64,000 nucleotides of DNA from Psilocybe cubensis (taxonomy: Eukaryota): the NCBI GenBank assembly GCA_017499595.2, contig CM039005.1, positions 3,038,001 to 3,102,000 on the forward strand. Direction: 5' to 3'. Below are positions 13,160 through 25,995 of this stretch, in pieces (positions within the stretch are counted from its first letter, which is position 1; every line of letters starts with the position of its first letter). The position numbers were made by a program, and so were the translations under genes. The notes beneath the pieces were generated by a model, which did not search any database, had not been told where the DNA came from, and worked only from the letters and a program-made list of their open reading frames with translations.

Positions 13160-16063
13160 ATGAAGCGCATGCGAAGGGATGGGCAAGTTCCAAACTCGAC
13201 TTCTACGCACTGGGAAAATACATCACCGCCAATTTTCGATCTGCCTCATGACGTCCTACGTACCATTTTCTCCTTAAATGCTCAGCATTTCGTTGATCTC
13301 GAGCAGAGTGAAAATGGTTTTTCTGTTATGGAATCCCCAAACTCGGATGATCCCCTCTTGACTACTCGTCGGGCATCTCAGGTCTGCCGCCAATGGCGAG
13401 ATCTCATTCTCTCCTCTCCGACGTTGTGGGAGAAGGCATTGGATTTGAATTCACTCGCCGCGGGAAAACCAGAGTGGACGACGGAGGTTCTCAAACGGAC
13501 AGGAAATGCACCGTTAACTGTCGTAGGCCAAATGATCAATCGTCAAAAGTTCCCGGTGTCCTTCCTGGAAACCATAGTACTTTGCCATTGGTGTCGAATC
13601 AAGGCTCTAATTATCATCAGATTCCACAGTTTTCGTACAAACGGCAATGCTCATTTTGACAAAGTTATCCGCAATCTACTTACTCGGCCAGCCCCTAACC
13701 TCCAAAATTGCATTATCATTGACACAAACGATAATTACGCACGCGTTGTTGGAGACCAAACTGACCCTTTGTTTGGCGGTCAAGCACCAAAGCTTCAATC
13801 GATGACTCTACTAAACGACTCATGCTTTGATGGGTCAAAATTATCCAACCTTCGACGATTTTATTTGCTTTGGACTCAGCTTTACCCCGTCGATGTAATT
13901 CTGACAGCGCTGGCTGGCATGCCATTACTCGAAGAACTGGAGCTGGAAATGGACCCTGACGAAGGCCTAACAAAACAACGAACTGTACGTTCTTCAGTTA
14001 TAGAGCTGCGATATCTGCGAAAGATCGCTCTTTACAACTCATTCAAATGGCTCGGCCACCTCGTTCAGTGGGTTGTGCCGAAACACGGATGCACCCTCTT
14101 TCATTACGTGACAGATAGCTGTGATATCGACACGGATTTGACTACGGTAGAAGTAATAGAATTTGGACGTGAAGCATACACGACCTTTCTGGGGAGATAT
14201 CTTGACGCAACGGAGCTAACCGAGTTATCCTACACCATGGAATGCGGCAATGAGGATGAAAGCCCTTGTTTGGAGATAAAGGCCCGACGCAAAAAGATGA
14301 TTCATCCTGAATTGCGGGTAAACGAAGACGGTGATGAATATCCTCTATTCTTCACATACGTGAAAAAAACGTTCCCCACCATACACTATCTTGGACCTAT
14401 ATTATCCTTTTTTAGGAAGGCGTTGTCATCTTGCGACCTCTCAAACATCAAGACCTTGACTTTTTCGATGTCACTGGAAAATGCCATAGACCGCAGTCAT
14501 GGTTATAAAGAACTTATCGCTCGTGAAGACAATGCCATAATTGAATTCTTCAATATGCTGACTGGAGTCACTGAGCTCGTTGTATATGGCTGCCCAAGTG
14601 GGGAAATATTCCCCGTAAACATAATTTGCTTATTTTTGAGAAGTGTGTCAAGAATAGAAAATGATTTATGCGCGGAAACATTTGTTTGGTGCGCAGATTG
14701 CTTTCTGAGGCAGTTTGATGAATCCGTAAACACAATTGTCTGCGCGGAAACATATTTCAGACATAATTTGCAAGTGAGAGTGCAATATTTCTGCCCCAAA
14801 TTAAATTCAACGTGTAAATTACATGCGCGTAAATAAAATTTGTGCGCTGAACAAACCTTTCAATGCGCGGAAAACATTATTCGAAATGACATTTTCTTGA
14901 CCAAAGTGGCCAGCCGCGATTGCCGTGATTATGTAAATCGATCCATTATGGCACTTCGGCATAAGTTCAACGAGTTAAAGCTCCGACTGTCCTGTGCAAC
15001 AGGTATCTTGCCATTACCATTTTGTAGGGTAAGGTATCAATAAGTTTTTGGGCTCCATATATATAGTAACACCTATCTGGTGCTTTTAAAAGCTCCACAT
15101 TGGTGGTTCAGCTTGTGCACTATCTCAGACAGCCCTGGGACTGTTTGAAAACTGTATATATTGTGGGAATAACATCAATCAGTACGTCTCTGCCTGTATG
15201 TTGCACGTCTGTAAAGTTAAGTATGTCTAGATAAGATTAGAAAGTCATATTAAGACAATATTTAATGAGTAAAAATGTAATTAATGGCCAATAGTGCTTC
15301 ATAAATGGCAGTACAAGAAAACGACACTTTGTATTGAATTGCAATTCTAGGTTATGCCTTCAGTCGGAGCTCTTAACTCCATGAGAATGTGCCGAAGTGC
15401 CAGAGTGGATCAATTTACATAATCACGGCAATCGCGGCTGGCCACTTTGGTCAAGAAATGGTCATTTCAAATAATGTTTTCCGCGCATTGAAAGGTTTTT
15501 TCAGTGCACAAAATGTACTTACGCGCATGTAATTTACACGTTAAATATCATTTGGAGCAGAAATAATGCACTCAAGCTTGCAAATTATGCAAAAAATATA
15601 TTTCCGTGCAGTCAATTTTGTTTACGGACTCGTCAAATTTACCTCAAACTCAATCCGGGCACCAAACAAATGTTTCCGCGCACAAGTTTTGTTCTATTAT
15701 TGACGCACTTCTTGAAAATAAGGAAATTATATTTACGGGGAATATTTCCCCACTTGGGCAGCCATAGTTGTATCACTCGACGAGCTAGAATTTCTCAGTT
15801 CTCTTCTGTCGCGAACACCCTTCATCATGCTACCTCAACTGAAAACAATAAATTTAATCGGTTTAACTTATGACGATGGCTACCCCCTAGAAAGGTTTCT
15901 TTTCGAGAGAGAGAAACACAAAGCGAAACCAATTGAAACAATATACCTCGGGGAGGAAGAAGCGGACGTTTGGGAGTCTTTTATGGAAACACTTTCGAAG
16001 CTTAAAGACGTAAGTATCATCTGGAAGGAGAAATCGAACACGGGAGAGCCTATCGAGTTCTAG
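13160..16063 (+). pseudogene. F-box/LRR-like protein gene interrupted by a TIR element
   Basis: F-box-like IFDLPHDVLRTIF...ASQVCRQWRDLILSSPTLW and LRR-like LxxLxL motifs. Removing 14585-15772 joins ..VTELVV to SLDELEF.. and to ORF 15827-16063 in frame (571 aa). Confidence 0.85.
14585..15766. mobile_element. Non-autonomous TIR DNA transposon (1182 bp), IS3EU-like termini
   Basis: Perfect terminal IR TATGGCTGCCCAAGTGGGGAAATATTCCCCGTAAA extending imperfectly to ~400 bp; 6-bp TSD GTTGTA at 14579-14584 and 15767-15772; no coding capacity. Confidence 0.92.
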
Positions 16064-19000
16064 TTTTTACGACTTTCATCATTTTTCTTTTTTGATTCGC
16101 ATTTTTGCTCTCTCGCTCTCATTTTTCTTCGTATAATGCAGTAATAGGAACATTATCGTTTGGCTCAGTATTTAACTCATGCATCCGTCGGGCATAGATT
16201 ATTACCAGTATTCCCCATCTGCTCAGATAAAGGGACGTAAAAATATGATCCACTATGTATCGCGCGTTACGGAGGGGCGCAAAGGGAATACCCGTGCACA
16301 GTACGAGTGATTTTTAGATTATTAACGAACATCGCATCTGTGCACTCACGATTTCACATGTCACAGCTTCAAATACAAAAAAGAGGGGCAGGGTGAACGA
16401 GGCCGAGCATTCTTGAGTGGATGGTCGGGAAAGCTGAAAATATTCTATAGATGAGACGAGACACAGTCAAGCCTGCTGAGCGCAGCTCGATTTGCTTAGG
16501 AAGCAGTCTCCTTCTAATGCTCTCTACACCCCTTTTAATTGTTGTCTTTTGTACATGTTCTACCCAAATACTAGATCGGAATTACCATACTTATATGAGG
16601 ATATGTAGTGTGGCATATGGCTTATGTCTATTCACACTGGGAAACCTGAAAGAATAGAGTATATTATCCATAGGTAATAAACGTTAGTCATGATGACTAT
16701 CAAGCTCACTGATTGCCTTTGAACAGGTTTCAAGAAGGCAGAATAGATATCTCACTGGTGTTGATAATTGTTGCTAGACCCTGGTGATCCACCCCCTCTC
16801 CAACTATGTCCAACCAGGCAAATGAGTATCAGCTGTCCATGTTAAGAAGTAATCTCAACTACAAAGAAGTATATATGGAAAGCGACAGTCAAAAGGCGGT
16901 CATAACTAATCCACTTCTGCGTGATGTCAGGAGTTACGCTTGCTTTTGTTCTTGATTATTACCAATGGCTTCAGTTGACCGACATTGCGAATGAGGTTCT
17001 TGAGATATTTATACCATTATAGTCGCTTCTATCTTCGATTTATGTCAAATCCATAATCTTGGATTTTGGTGGTAGCATGATGTTACTGAATCGTCAACCC
17101 GGAAAAACTGACCAGAGAAAGCTTCTTTAATCTTAATAAAAATCGTAATAATCCCCTGACATCTCTCAGTAACGCATTGTCTGATATATATTAATGATAA
17201 AACTGTATTTTCACAGATTGCGATTTACTATGGACAAGCAGCTGACAAATTTTATCGTCTCCGCATAACCCGCCTCCATGAAGTTTTGCGTGGTTTGAAC
17301 GGTAAAAAATCTCAAAAGAGAAAGAAGTTAGTACTCGCCTCTAAGTACTACGTTACTACAACAGTTACACATGCATTGCCTTACGTACATTGCATACGCC
17401 ATTAGGCTTGACTACGGGGCTCACCCTGAAGGCCTGAAGCTCCAAACCCTGCCAGTTATCAAATCTGCACAAAGCGGATTCTGTTCCCTTTTGTGACCTT
17501 GGCACGGCCTTGATCCGTGCAGGACGCGTGCAATGAGCCATCTGATCATTAATCAACGATGCAATAACGCGCTCTAATTAGATGCGTGGTTCTAAAAATA
17601 ATGGAAGGGCTTGGCTAGGGACTGCTAGGGAGACACGCCTTCAGCCATACTCCATTCGGCAGCTCATGAGTGATGCCTAGGCAGCAGCACCACAAGCTTG
17701 CAGCCTTGGGGTATTATACGATAATCATTATTCTCAGACCGTCGTAGAGCTGTTCATAAGATATTCATGTAAGCGGGGATGTGTCCGTGCATATGTAGAA
17801 TTAGGCCATACATTTGGGCCAGTCTGCGAGGGGAAATATCCAAATTAAAACTGGATTGATTTTTCTAAGAGCTGTATTTATGATAGGGTCTGGTTTGGTG
17901 TTCGAACATGACCTATCTTGAAGTTAAAAACCATACACGAATCATTAATCATCTAATAAATGTAGGTAAACAGTCGTTAAAAGCAAATGTACCACAATAC
18001 TACATGAAGAGATAAAGAAAAGGAAATTATGATTTTTCCTAGCCCGACGGAGGAAAACGTAAGGCGAATGAAAACCGGTGATTATTGTCGTTGCACATGA
18101 ATGCAAATATTGAGTCTCGGCCTCAGAAGGTTTCAGTACTCGATCTGGGTCATCGTCGGGGTAGGTCAGAGTCTCGATGCATTGCACAGCACGTCCCAAG
18201 AACGCTCCGATCTGTACAGACCTCTGGCTTATAATCCCCTTCCCGCTCAACCCGACCTGTACAGCTTCCTTTATTTCAAATATTGAGCGCTGTTGGAAGT
18301 CCAAGGGTACCACTACAGTAGCTAGTTTCGCAGTCGAGAAAGACCTGCAGAGTACTGACAGAATAATGTATTTTAAAACTCTTAGACTTCAGTAATAAAC
18401 GTCGACACAGTTGAATGTGTGTCAAACCGAGATGTTAAGTCATTTACTGTCAAAATATATTTCTAGTTACTGTATTTTTCCGCCTTGACAGATCATAATC
18501 AATTACATCTTTGGAAATAAGATATGCCAAGTACTTCCAAGTCTTTTGTTGACCTCGGTTCGGCAATTACCTTTAACGCCTACACATCGCCGAAGCATTA
18601 TTAGGCAAAACATGAGGAATTGTAAAGTACATAGTGAAGATTCGAGACAGGTATAGGGGACATTTATTTACATTGGTACTTAGGTCATTGGAGATATAGA
18701 AGTGTATAGTTCAGTACCTAACCGAAGAGAACATGGAGGGGAGACGGTAGGTCATTTGATGCATGTAATACAAGTTCATTTCCGTCTGGTCAAAAAAGGG
18801 ACCTCGACAGAGCCATCACGGACTGCGTAAAGAAGAGCTTCCATTCGATTACGTGAAATCACTCCGTATGACACGGAGCGCTGACCGTGCAGCCAGAAAT
18901 CATTGAGCTTGGAAATCGCCAGAGGTATACACCCCCAAAAATCGTATAAATACGAGTCCGTCTACACTTTTATCCCTCAGCTCCTCTTTCAGCAGTCAAA

Positions 19001-19091
19001 CAGGTTAGTAGTTAAATATCTCTCGCTCTAGAAATTCAAATATACTCATATTCACCATTGACGCGCAGAAGCTATTCATACACAATTCATA

Positions 19092-19483
19092 ATGAAGTTC
19101 ACCGCTGTCCTCGCCTCTATCCTCGCCTCTGCGTCCGTCGCCATGTCCGCTACCATTGTCGGTTTTGCTGGTGCTGACTGCACTGGTGCGAGGGTTACCA
19201 CCAACAATGTCAACAGCCGTGTCTGCCTGTCCCTTGGTAGTGGATCTGTCAAGTCGATCAGCTACTCCGGCGTCGGCAGCTCGATCCAGTTCTACGTTTC
19301 TGGTGGTGCGCATGACTCGTGCACCAACGGCTCCCAGCTCACGCGTGGTGCTGGCTCTGGCTGTGCTACAGCTCCTGCAGGGTAAGCAATAACGTGTCGA
19401 AATTTTGATCCTTCTTGACTCATTTTTTCCCTCGTTGTTTGGATATGTACAGATTCAACTGGCAAAGTGTTGCTGTCTTCTAG
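19092..19483 (+). CDS. Small secreted 4-Cys protein, MiAMP1-like family, copy 4
   Basis: MKFTAVLASILASASVAMS signal peptide; closest to copy 1; intron 19382-19452, last exon FNWQSVAVF*; TATAAATA at ~18946 and a 5'UTR intron. Confidence 0.88.
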
Positions 19484-20561
19484 GCTATTTACGTAGAACT
19501 ATTACGGTCCAGACTTTGTACTCTGATACATGTACTGTAAACGGATTCGTCAAAGTCCAATACAATCATTTGACCTGTATCTTCGTGTTCAGTGTTTGGT
19601 TTTGTGACCGGTGAGATTGCCCCTCTCGCGAATCGAGAGAATGGGACGCGCCAATTGTATTAACGGTAGCATAGTGACAATAGTTTGCACTAACGCCTGC
19701 CAAAAAAAGGTTTCCAGAGCCTTCATATGTGTATTGCTCATCTATGAGGCATTTATACACCCAAAAAGCGGTATAATATCATCACCTCTTCCATAAAAAT
19801 TCCTTGTGCATGTCATTGTCTCATGGAGGGACGATCAAAGTTTATCTGATTGTCATTGACACATGTACACACGTACATAAAGTATGATTGCCGCAGACTC
19901 GGCATTTGTGGTGGGCGCTGAGATTGGCGCCCAGGGGGGTCGATCCGTTCTTGACGAGATGCCCGACTTTGACATTACCACTACACACCGCGTGTAAAAT
20001 TGCGCTTCTGGTGCCTATAATTCGACTTGAACCTTACACTGTAACGTTGGCTTGTCATCTGTGAGACTGCCTCGCGGCGGTGCATGTGAAGGTTTTTAAT
20101 CTCCCAAGGTCGAATGGAAGAATGCATTTGATATTACATACAGAAACAACAGGTAAAGTCAGGTCTAAGGTTTTTCCACTGCCAAAACACTGCGTACACA
20201 GATGTCCATTGGATATCAGATCCTCCGAAAACGCGCTACGCGAGACTTTTGCAATGGGACGATATCGTTTGCGAACCCCGAGCGAAGACGATGATAAATA
20301 TATCATGAAATGACTTAAACTAAAGGGGTTGAGGAGGTTGAGGAGAGCAACTATGTAATACAAGAATTTAATTTAAAAAACAGCTAAGAAAGTTTGAGGA
20401 TTTTGCATTCCGCGGACTGAACAAAAATCAGAACTTTCCTACACGGAGCGGATGCTATCGCACTTGTTTTAGTGGGCCACCGCGGAGCGTGGCATGACGA
20501 GTCTTTACGATTCAGCGTCACGCTTTGTAATAATATAATATATATATAATATAATATAAAT

Positions 20562-21529
20562 ATGTCCAACTTTGACGTGGATATCGGTACAATGGACGAA
20601 GTGATATTCAGACTCCAAGGCATAGTTAGCGACAAGATGCTACCACCAATGGCAAAGCCTGCTTTGTATGTCCACTCCATTGAGGTGAATTAATTACAAA
20701 TGAGGACTGTTACAGCTGCGACAGAACGGTCAAGCAACAACCATATTTACGTACCACCATTGCTATCACGGGACTCGGAGACATTGTATTCAATAAGGTG
20801 ATGGAAAAGCTGTTTTCCTCTGTTTTGCAAACAATTTTCCCGCGGACAGCGTCAGCGGCTATGATCCAGTTCTTCACAAAGACACGGGTTTCAATGTTTT
20901 CCATGCGCATAGCCAATATTTCACGAAGGTATCCGCATATCAAGACAAATCTGACAACATAGGTTTTCATCCCCTGGTCGACCCTGATAACGTGTTGGCG
21001 TCCATGGTAGGGGACAGTTTCATCCACGCAATCGATAACAAGGTACAGTTTCTTCGTCGGGAGATACTTCCTGACGGAACAGCCAGGTATGTTTAGGAAA
21101 TACCAACAATGCATCACAACCAAACTAACATCATGTTGCAACAGATATTATCCTTATAATCCTGCCTCCATACAAATTGGAGACATTGTCAAGATCAGTG
21201 TTGCCTTTGTTGCATTTCCTGCCCAAGGAAACAAGTACAAATTTGTTGTCGCTCTTTGTGAAATACTTGTCTTGGACCAGGAGGCAAGAGAGGTAAGCAA
21301 TGTTACGTTGAACAGTCTCATAGCCATTCATAACTTCCAACAGAAAGCTGATATTCTCAGAATGCGGTTGCGCTATACTCCAGCAAAAAGACAGGTGGCT
21401 GTTTTGCGTAGGACAAAGAGGCAGCTATACGAAGGTCAGATTGACATTGAAGACACGCAACAGAGGATGGCATGTATGCGCTTAAACGAGGACACAGTCC
21501 ACAATAGCAATACTATGTCCCAAGATTAA
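20562..21529 (+). pseudogene. Agaricomycete repeat-associated hypothetical protein (possible OB-fold), frameshifted
   Basis: Spliced pieces EVIFRLQGIV..LPP / YLRTTIAITGLG / VDPDNVL..DNKVQF / IQIGDIVKISVAFVAF..ILVLD; GT-AG introns; at least one frameshift near 20.8-20.95 kb. Confidence 0.55.
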
Positions 21530-21676
21530 TACATATGTAGTACATAGAAAGACAAGGATATCATAAATGTGCTAAACAAACAATCAATCCATTTGCGAGA
21601 ACATTGTGAATAACAAGGAATAATTTGTCAAGTCATTTTCATGACAGAAATTATCTGAAGGTGTTAGTTGGCACCC

Positions 21677-21719
21677 CGTGGGAGAATCCTGCATACACTG
21701 TACGCAGGATATTCCCACG
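21677..21719. repeat. 43-bp near-perfect palindrome, copy 1 of 3 (others 23539-23581 and 23775-23817)
   Basis: CGTGGGAGAATCCTGCATACA-C-TGTACGCAGGATATTCCCACG, lying between the 3' ends of two convergent genes. Confidence 0.9.
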
Positions 21720-21815
21720 CTCATCCGCAAGTCAAACTTACAAATTAAGACAAAAAGAATGAGGACGAGAACACAAGTTTATTTTGAACAAAAATTTGAC
21801 TAAGGATGGAAGAAA

Positions 21816-24771
21816 TTACAAATATCCATTCCACAAGAGGCTTTGTGGTTGAGGGCAATGCAACCAAAAAATATCTGCCTTTCTGGATATCAAATACAAA
21901 ACAGTTGCATGTACACGGTCATCTTTTTGCCTACATTACAGGAATTAAATTGACAAATACTAAAACTAAAGAGCACACACCTTATACCCCTTTCCCAGGA
22001 TTTGATAGCTTTTTTGACGCGCTCGTGTAATTGGTAAACATCTGCCGCTGTGTAGTGAAAATCTAATGCAATACCGCTGATGCGACGGACACCAAAATGC
22101 AAACAATCAAATTCATTGAGCAACAATGCCCACGAATTGGCTTCAACAAAGGAAGTCTGATTTGCTTTGGGTAAAAGAGGCAAAGAATAAATCCAACAAT
22201 GCCTGTCGCCAACCCGTCTAATCCCAGGAGAGAACAACTCTGGATAAGGATCGTAATCCAGCACAACAAGAACATGATCACGAGATGAACTATACCCAAC
22301 ATTTACGTTGTCCCTGATAGACTGTATCCTGCTTTGGATATGGCGGTCCATTTTCAAAGTTTGCGATGGAATGGAAAGAACAAATTTCAAGCCACGGGAA
22401 TGATATTTTGCAAGAAATTTTTGAGCGCGCTTGAGGTCGGTAGAAGGTTGCAACAGAGAGACTTGATGTCCAAAGGTAGCATTTGGATACAAGCTGTACA
22501 CCTTCTCAAAGGTAACAAAATTTATGACGCCGGCTGCAGTAGAACAAAATTGAAGTTAACATTGTTTTGACACATGACATTGGGGACATACTGCTATGAT
22601 ACCCCAAAATGCACTCTACCACCGATTGACAAGTTGTAATCAGTTGGACAAAAGAACCTTGGCACCATAGGTTAACAACCACTCCAGTGGTATTGTAATG
22701 TCGATGAAGAGGATGTTTCTGAAGGACAATTTTTTCCATTTTCAAAATTTTTTCCGCTGTGGTGTTGTCCGGATATTTGGGATGCGGCATGATAGTAAAT
22801 CCAATGGACATCATCCAGGAAAGAACAGGAAGAGCATATCTGTGCTCGACATACATGTCCATGTCACCTGGAATCCATATATTAGCACGATTGATTACGA
22901 AACTTTATGTAAGTAAAGCGAGTTCTTTGATCCCCACAACCCACTGTACAAAAATATGTCCTTGCCAATTGTCCCCATCAGTAAATCATTGATGCCATCA
23001 AAATTGCGTGATTAATACCGGTTTTTTACTTAACCGGTATGCTTGACTTAATAATCGGTTACTATCATAGAATTTCTGTTAGTTTTTGTTCCTACCAAGG
23101 GGATATAGAAATTAAAATACTAGATATTAGCTAGGTAGATAGGTTAGCTGCCATATGGTAGAAAACAAAATTAGATACCATTACATTATGACTTTTTAAT
23201 TGCAAGTTAAACATTTTGACACAGATAATCATAGCTCATAACCAAAAATTTTATAATAATGACCTCATTCAACTGATTTAAGGCCATTAATTAGTCACAA
23301 TCAATTACATACCAACTGTTTTGCATGCTTTATACACCTTTAACGGCAAGTAGAGGTAAATAGAATGCTTTATTGTTATCAAAAAAAATTTAGCATGAAT
23401 GACTAGCAGACTGTGGTGGCATAGAATAAAGAATAATAAACATTATGTATCTAGCTATTATCTTTAATGCCACTTCAAATAACTTGTCATATTAAACTTG
23501 TTGTGCTGTTCATACTGGCCATGAATTAATAAGCAGACTGTGGGAATAACTTGCATATAGTGTATGCAAGTTATTCTCACGGTTGCCGCACTTTGCATTG
23601 AGCAACTTGAACTTCTCTGGTAATTCCTGATATATTACTGAGATGCATTGCATATACTTTAGGTAAAATACAAGTATTTTTGGCAATAATAATTATTTTC
23701 AGTCCTAGTTTAGATGATCTTATTATATTTTACTTGCTGTGGTGTTTGTACTGGCCGTGAATTAATAAGCAGGTCGTGGGAATATCCTGCGCACACTGTA
23801 CGCAGGATATTCCCACGGTCACTACACTCAATTTGCATTGAGCACTGGCCACTTTGGTCAAGAGATGGTCATTTTGAATAATGTTTTCCATGCATTGAAT
23901 GTATTTTGGGGAAGAAATAATGCACTAACACTTGCAAATTATGCTTGAAATATGTTTCCACACAGCCAATTGTGTTCACAGCAACATCAAACTATGCCAA
24001 AAAGAAATATGCGCACCAAACAAATGTTTTTGCACACAATATTGTTTCACTCTTGATGCACTTTTCAAAAATAAGAAAATTATATTTATGGGAAATATGT
24101 TCCCACTTGGGCAGCCATACACATGAGCATTCTTCCATCAGTTTTCCATACGGGATTCTCCCAGCAGATCTGGAATTCTTCAATATTTAGCAGGTATGAA
24201 AATTATAATAGACAAGTTCTTCCTTACAATTAGGCCTTATAACCTGTGCAGCTATTTTTTGTGTCTGACACAACTAAGCTTGTAGTAGACCTAAGTCATA
24301 GTAATTAATCATAACCTTGCCCAGTATCTGGCTGTGCATTCATAACATATTAATATATATTAACTATGTTATATAAATCTAGATTAAAAAATATTTTATA
24401 CAATTGTGAGATGTAAAGTCTTGTCATGCCACACTTTGCGTTGGACCACTAAAACAAGTAAAATGCAAAACGGTGGAACCTGAAATAACCAGGCCAGTCT
24501 TGAACTGGAGAAGACAAAACAGCAAATGTTCATTGGGTTTGAAGATAGGAGCAAATAAATTTTTGGGACGGAAGGCGTGGCGCATATAGCCCAAAACGCG
24601 GTTGTTTAGCTCCTTGCAAGTCCAAGAGAAATGGTAGAGGGTTTTCAGATCCATCTGATCCATGTACACATCGTCCATGGGAGGCGGAAAGACTCTAAAA
24701 AATAAGTAATAACCAAATGAGATAAAACAGTGAACATACTGTTGGAAACGGGGGGATAACGCGGAAGCCAT
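21816..24771 (-). pseudogene. F-box-like N-terminus plus putative nucleotidyltransferase-like domain, split by a ~1.56-kb insertion
   Basis: LKTLYHFSWTCK..TGLVISGSTVLHF (to ~24460) resumes as INRANIWIPGDMDMYV (from ~22895), then SLYPNATF, KYHSRGLKF and RRVGDRHCW; the intervening DNA is AT-rich and non-coding. Confidence 0.6.
23843..24119. mobile_element. Degenerate right TIR of the same family as 14585-15766
   Basis: CTGGCCACTTTGGTCAAG...CCCACTTGGGCAGCCATA aligns with 15438-15766, with many C>T/G>A changes; no matching left end found. Confidence 0.8.
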
Positions 24772-25995
24772 GGGTAAAACAGTGCGGAGAAAAGTGCATT
24801 GTCTATACTACGTCAATAAATATATTAACCGTAAGCCGATAGACGCCCAACGTAGGGGAAGAACAAATTGGTATGCGTGAGAAACGATCATGAATCAGAA
24901 AATCAAATTCAAATAGTACAGAACGCCCAGAACCCAAGAACACGTAATTATTTCTATTTGAACTCTGATTGATGAAGCTACCAATATCAAGGAACGTGTG
25001 TGCCTGCACAGTTCTATTTCCAACCTTTCAGACCCATAGTTCAAAGAGTGCATTTGTTCCATCTCTAAGTATTAGTACAATATATCAGCACGTTGGCTAG
25101 ATGGTTCCACATGGTTTTAAAAATTAAACAACAACGCAAAAAAGTGAATTGAGTAGGACTATTGTTGTTGGGTATAATTAATTTTATGGGAACGCACATT
25201 CACATTGCGATCAAAACAAATCGAAAACAACCTTTAAAGTAACCAATGGTAAAAAGAAGTTGTAGAATGAATTGGAAAGGGGTTGCTTAGAGGGTCCGGT
25301 GACCGCCTAAGGAAAATACCAATAGCGGTAACGACATTGATCGCATCAATAATATTTTGATGGGGACAATTGGCGAGGACATTTTTGCTCGCTGGGTTGT
25401 GGGGATAAAAGAACTCATCTTTACTTACGTAAAGACTCGTAATCGGCAAACTCTCCCCCCGGTCCGACGTACGTACTGTGTACAAATTGTGTAACGGCAT
25501 TGACATATGTAATTACTCACACATACATCGTTTTTTTGTGAAACTTACTCATCCCATTCTTTGGTACCAGGTTCCACGGGAAAGCATTACATGTTACATT
25601 TACAAGCGTCAAGTGTGATTGTAATAAATTTATGACTATGACAGAAACCAAAATTCCAGGAGTACAACGCGTAAAACCAGTAAAATATTATATTAGTGTA
25701 CTGTAGAATAGCGGAATAGGAATAGCTTGATTAGAATAGTAGCGAGAGGTCTTGTTATATCACAAACAAACACGATTGAAAAAAAAAGCAAATAAAATGA
25801 AGCGACGAACGTAAGGAAAAAGTGGATGATCACAATTATTATAATATATCCAAGTTCATATCCTAGTCCAATTCTAAATCAAGTCCAATTGGCGTCTACT
25901 TCACACTTAGCATTGCAGGTCCATTATACCATTCGCTGCCTCGTTCGCCCGACCATAAATCGAACTCTGATAAAAGTCTCACCATACGCACGACC

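Noticed and set aside
14503-15043. ORFs similar to those at 15670-15873 and 23932-24190, suggesting a small gene family
   Set aside because: They are translations of the non-coding TIRs.
16451-18400. Scattered 60-120 aa ORFs
   Set aside because: No domain signatures or splice-consistent model; treated as intergenic or decayed DNA.
22896-24458. Insertion in the NTase-like gene considered as a Helitron
   Set aside because: No TC 5' end, CTRR 3' end or clean TSD; left unclassified.
20000-25620. Search for termini of one large element enclosing the convergent gene pair
   Set aside because: No convincing TIR pair or TSD found by eye, so no boundaries are claimed.
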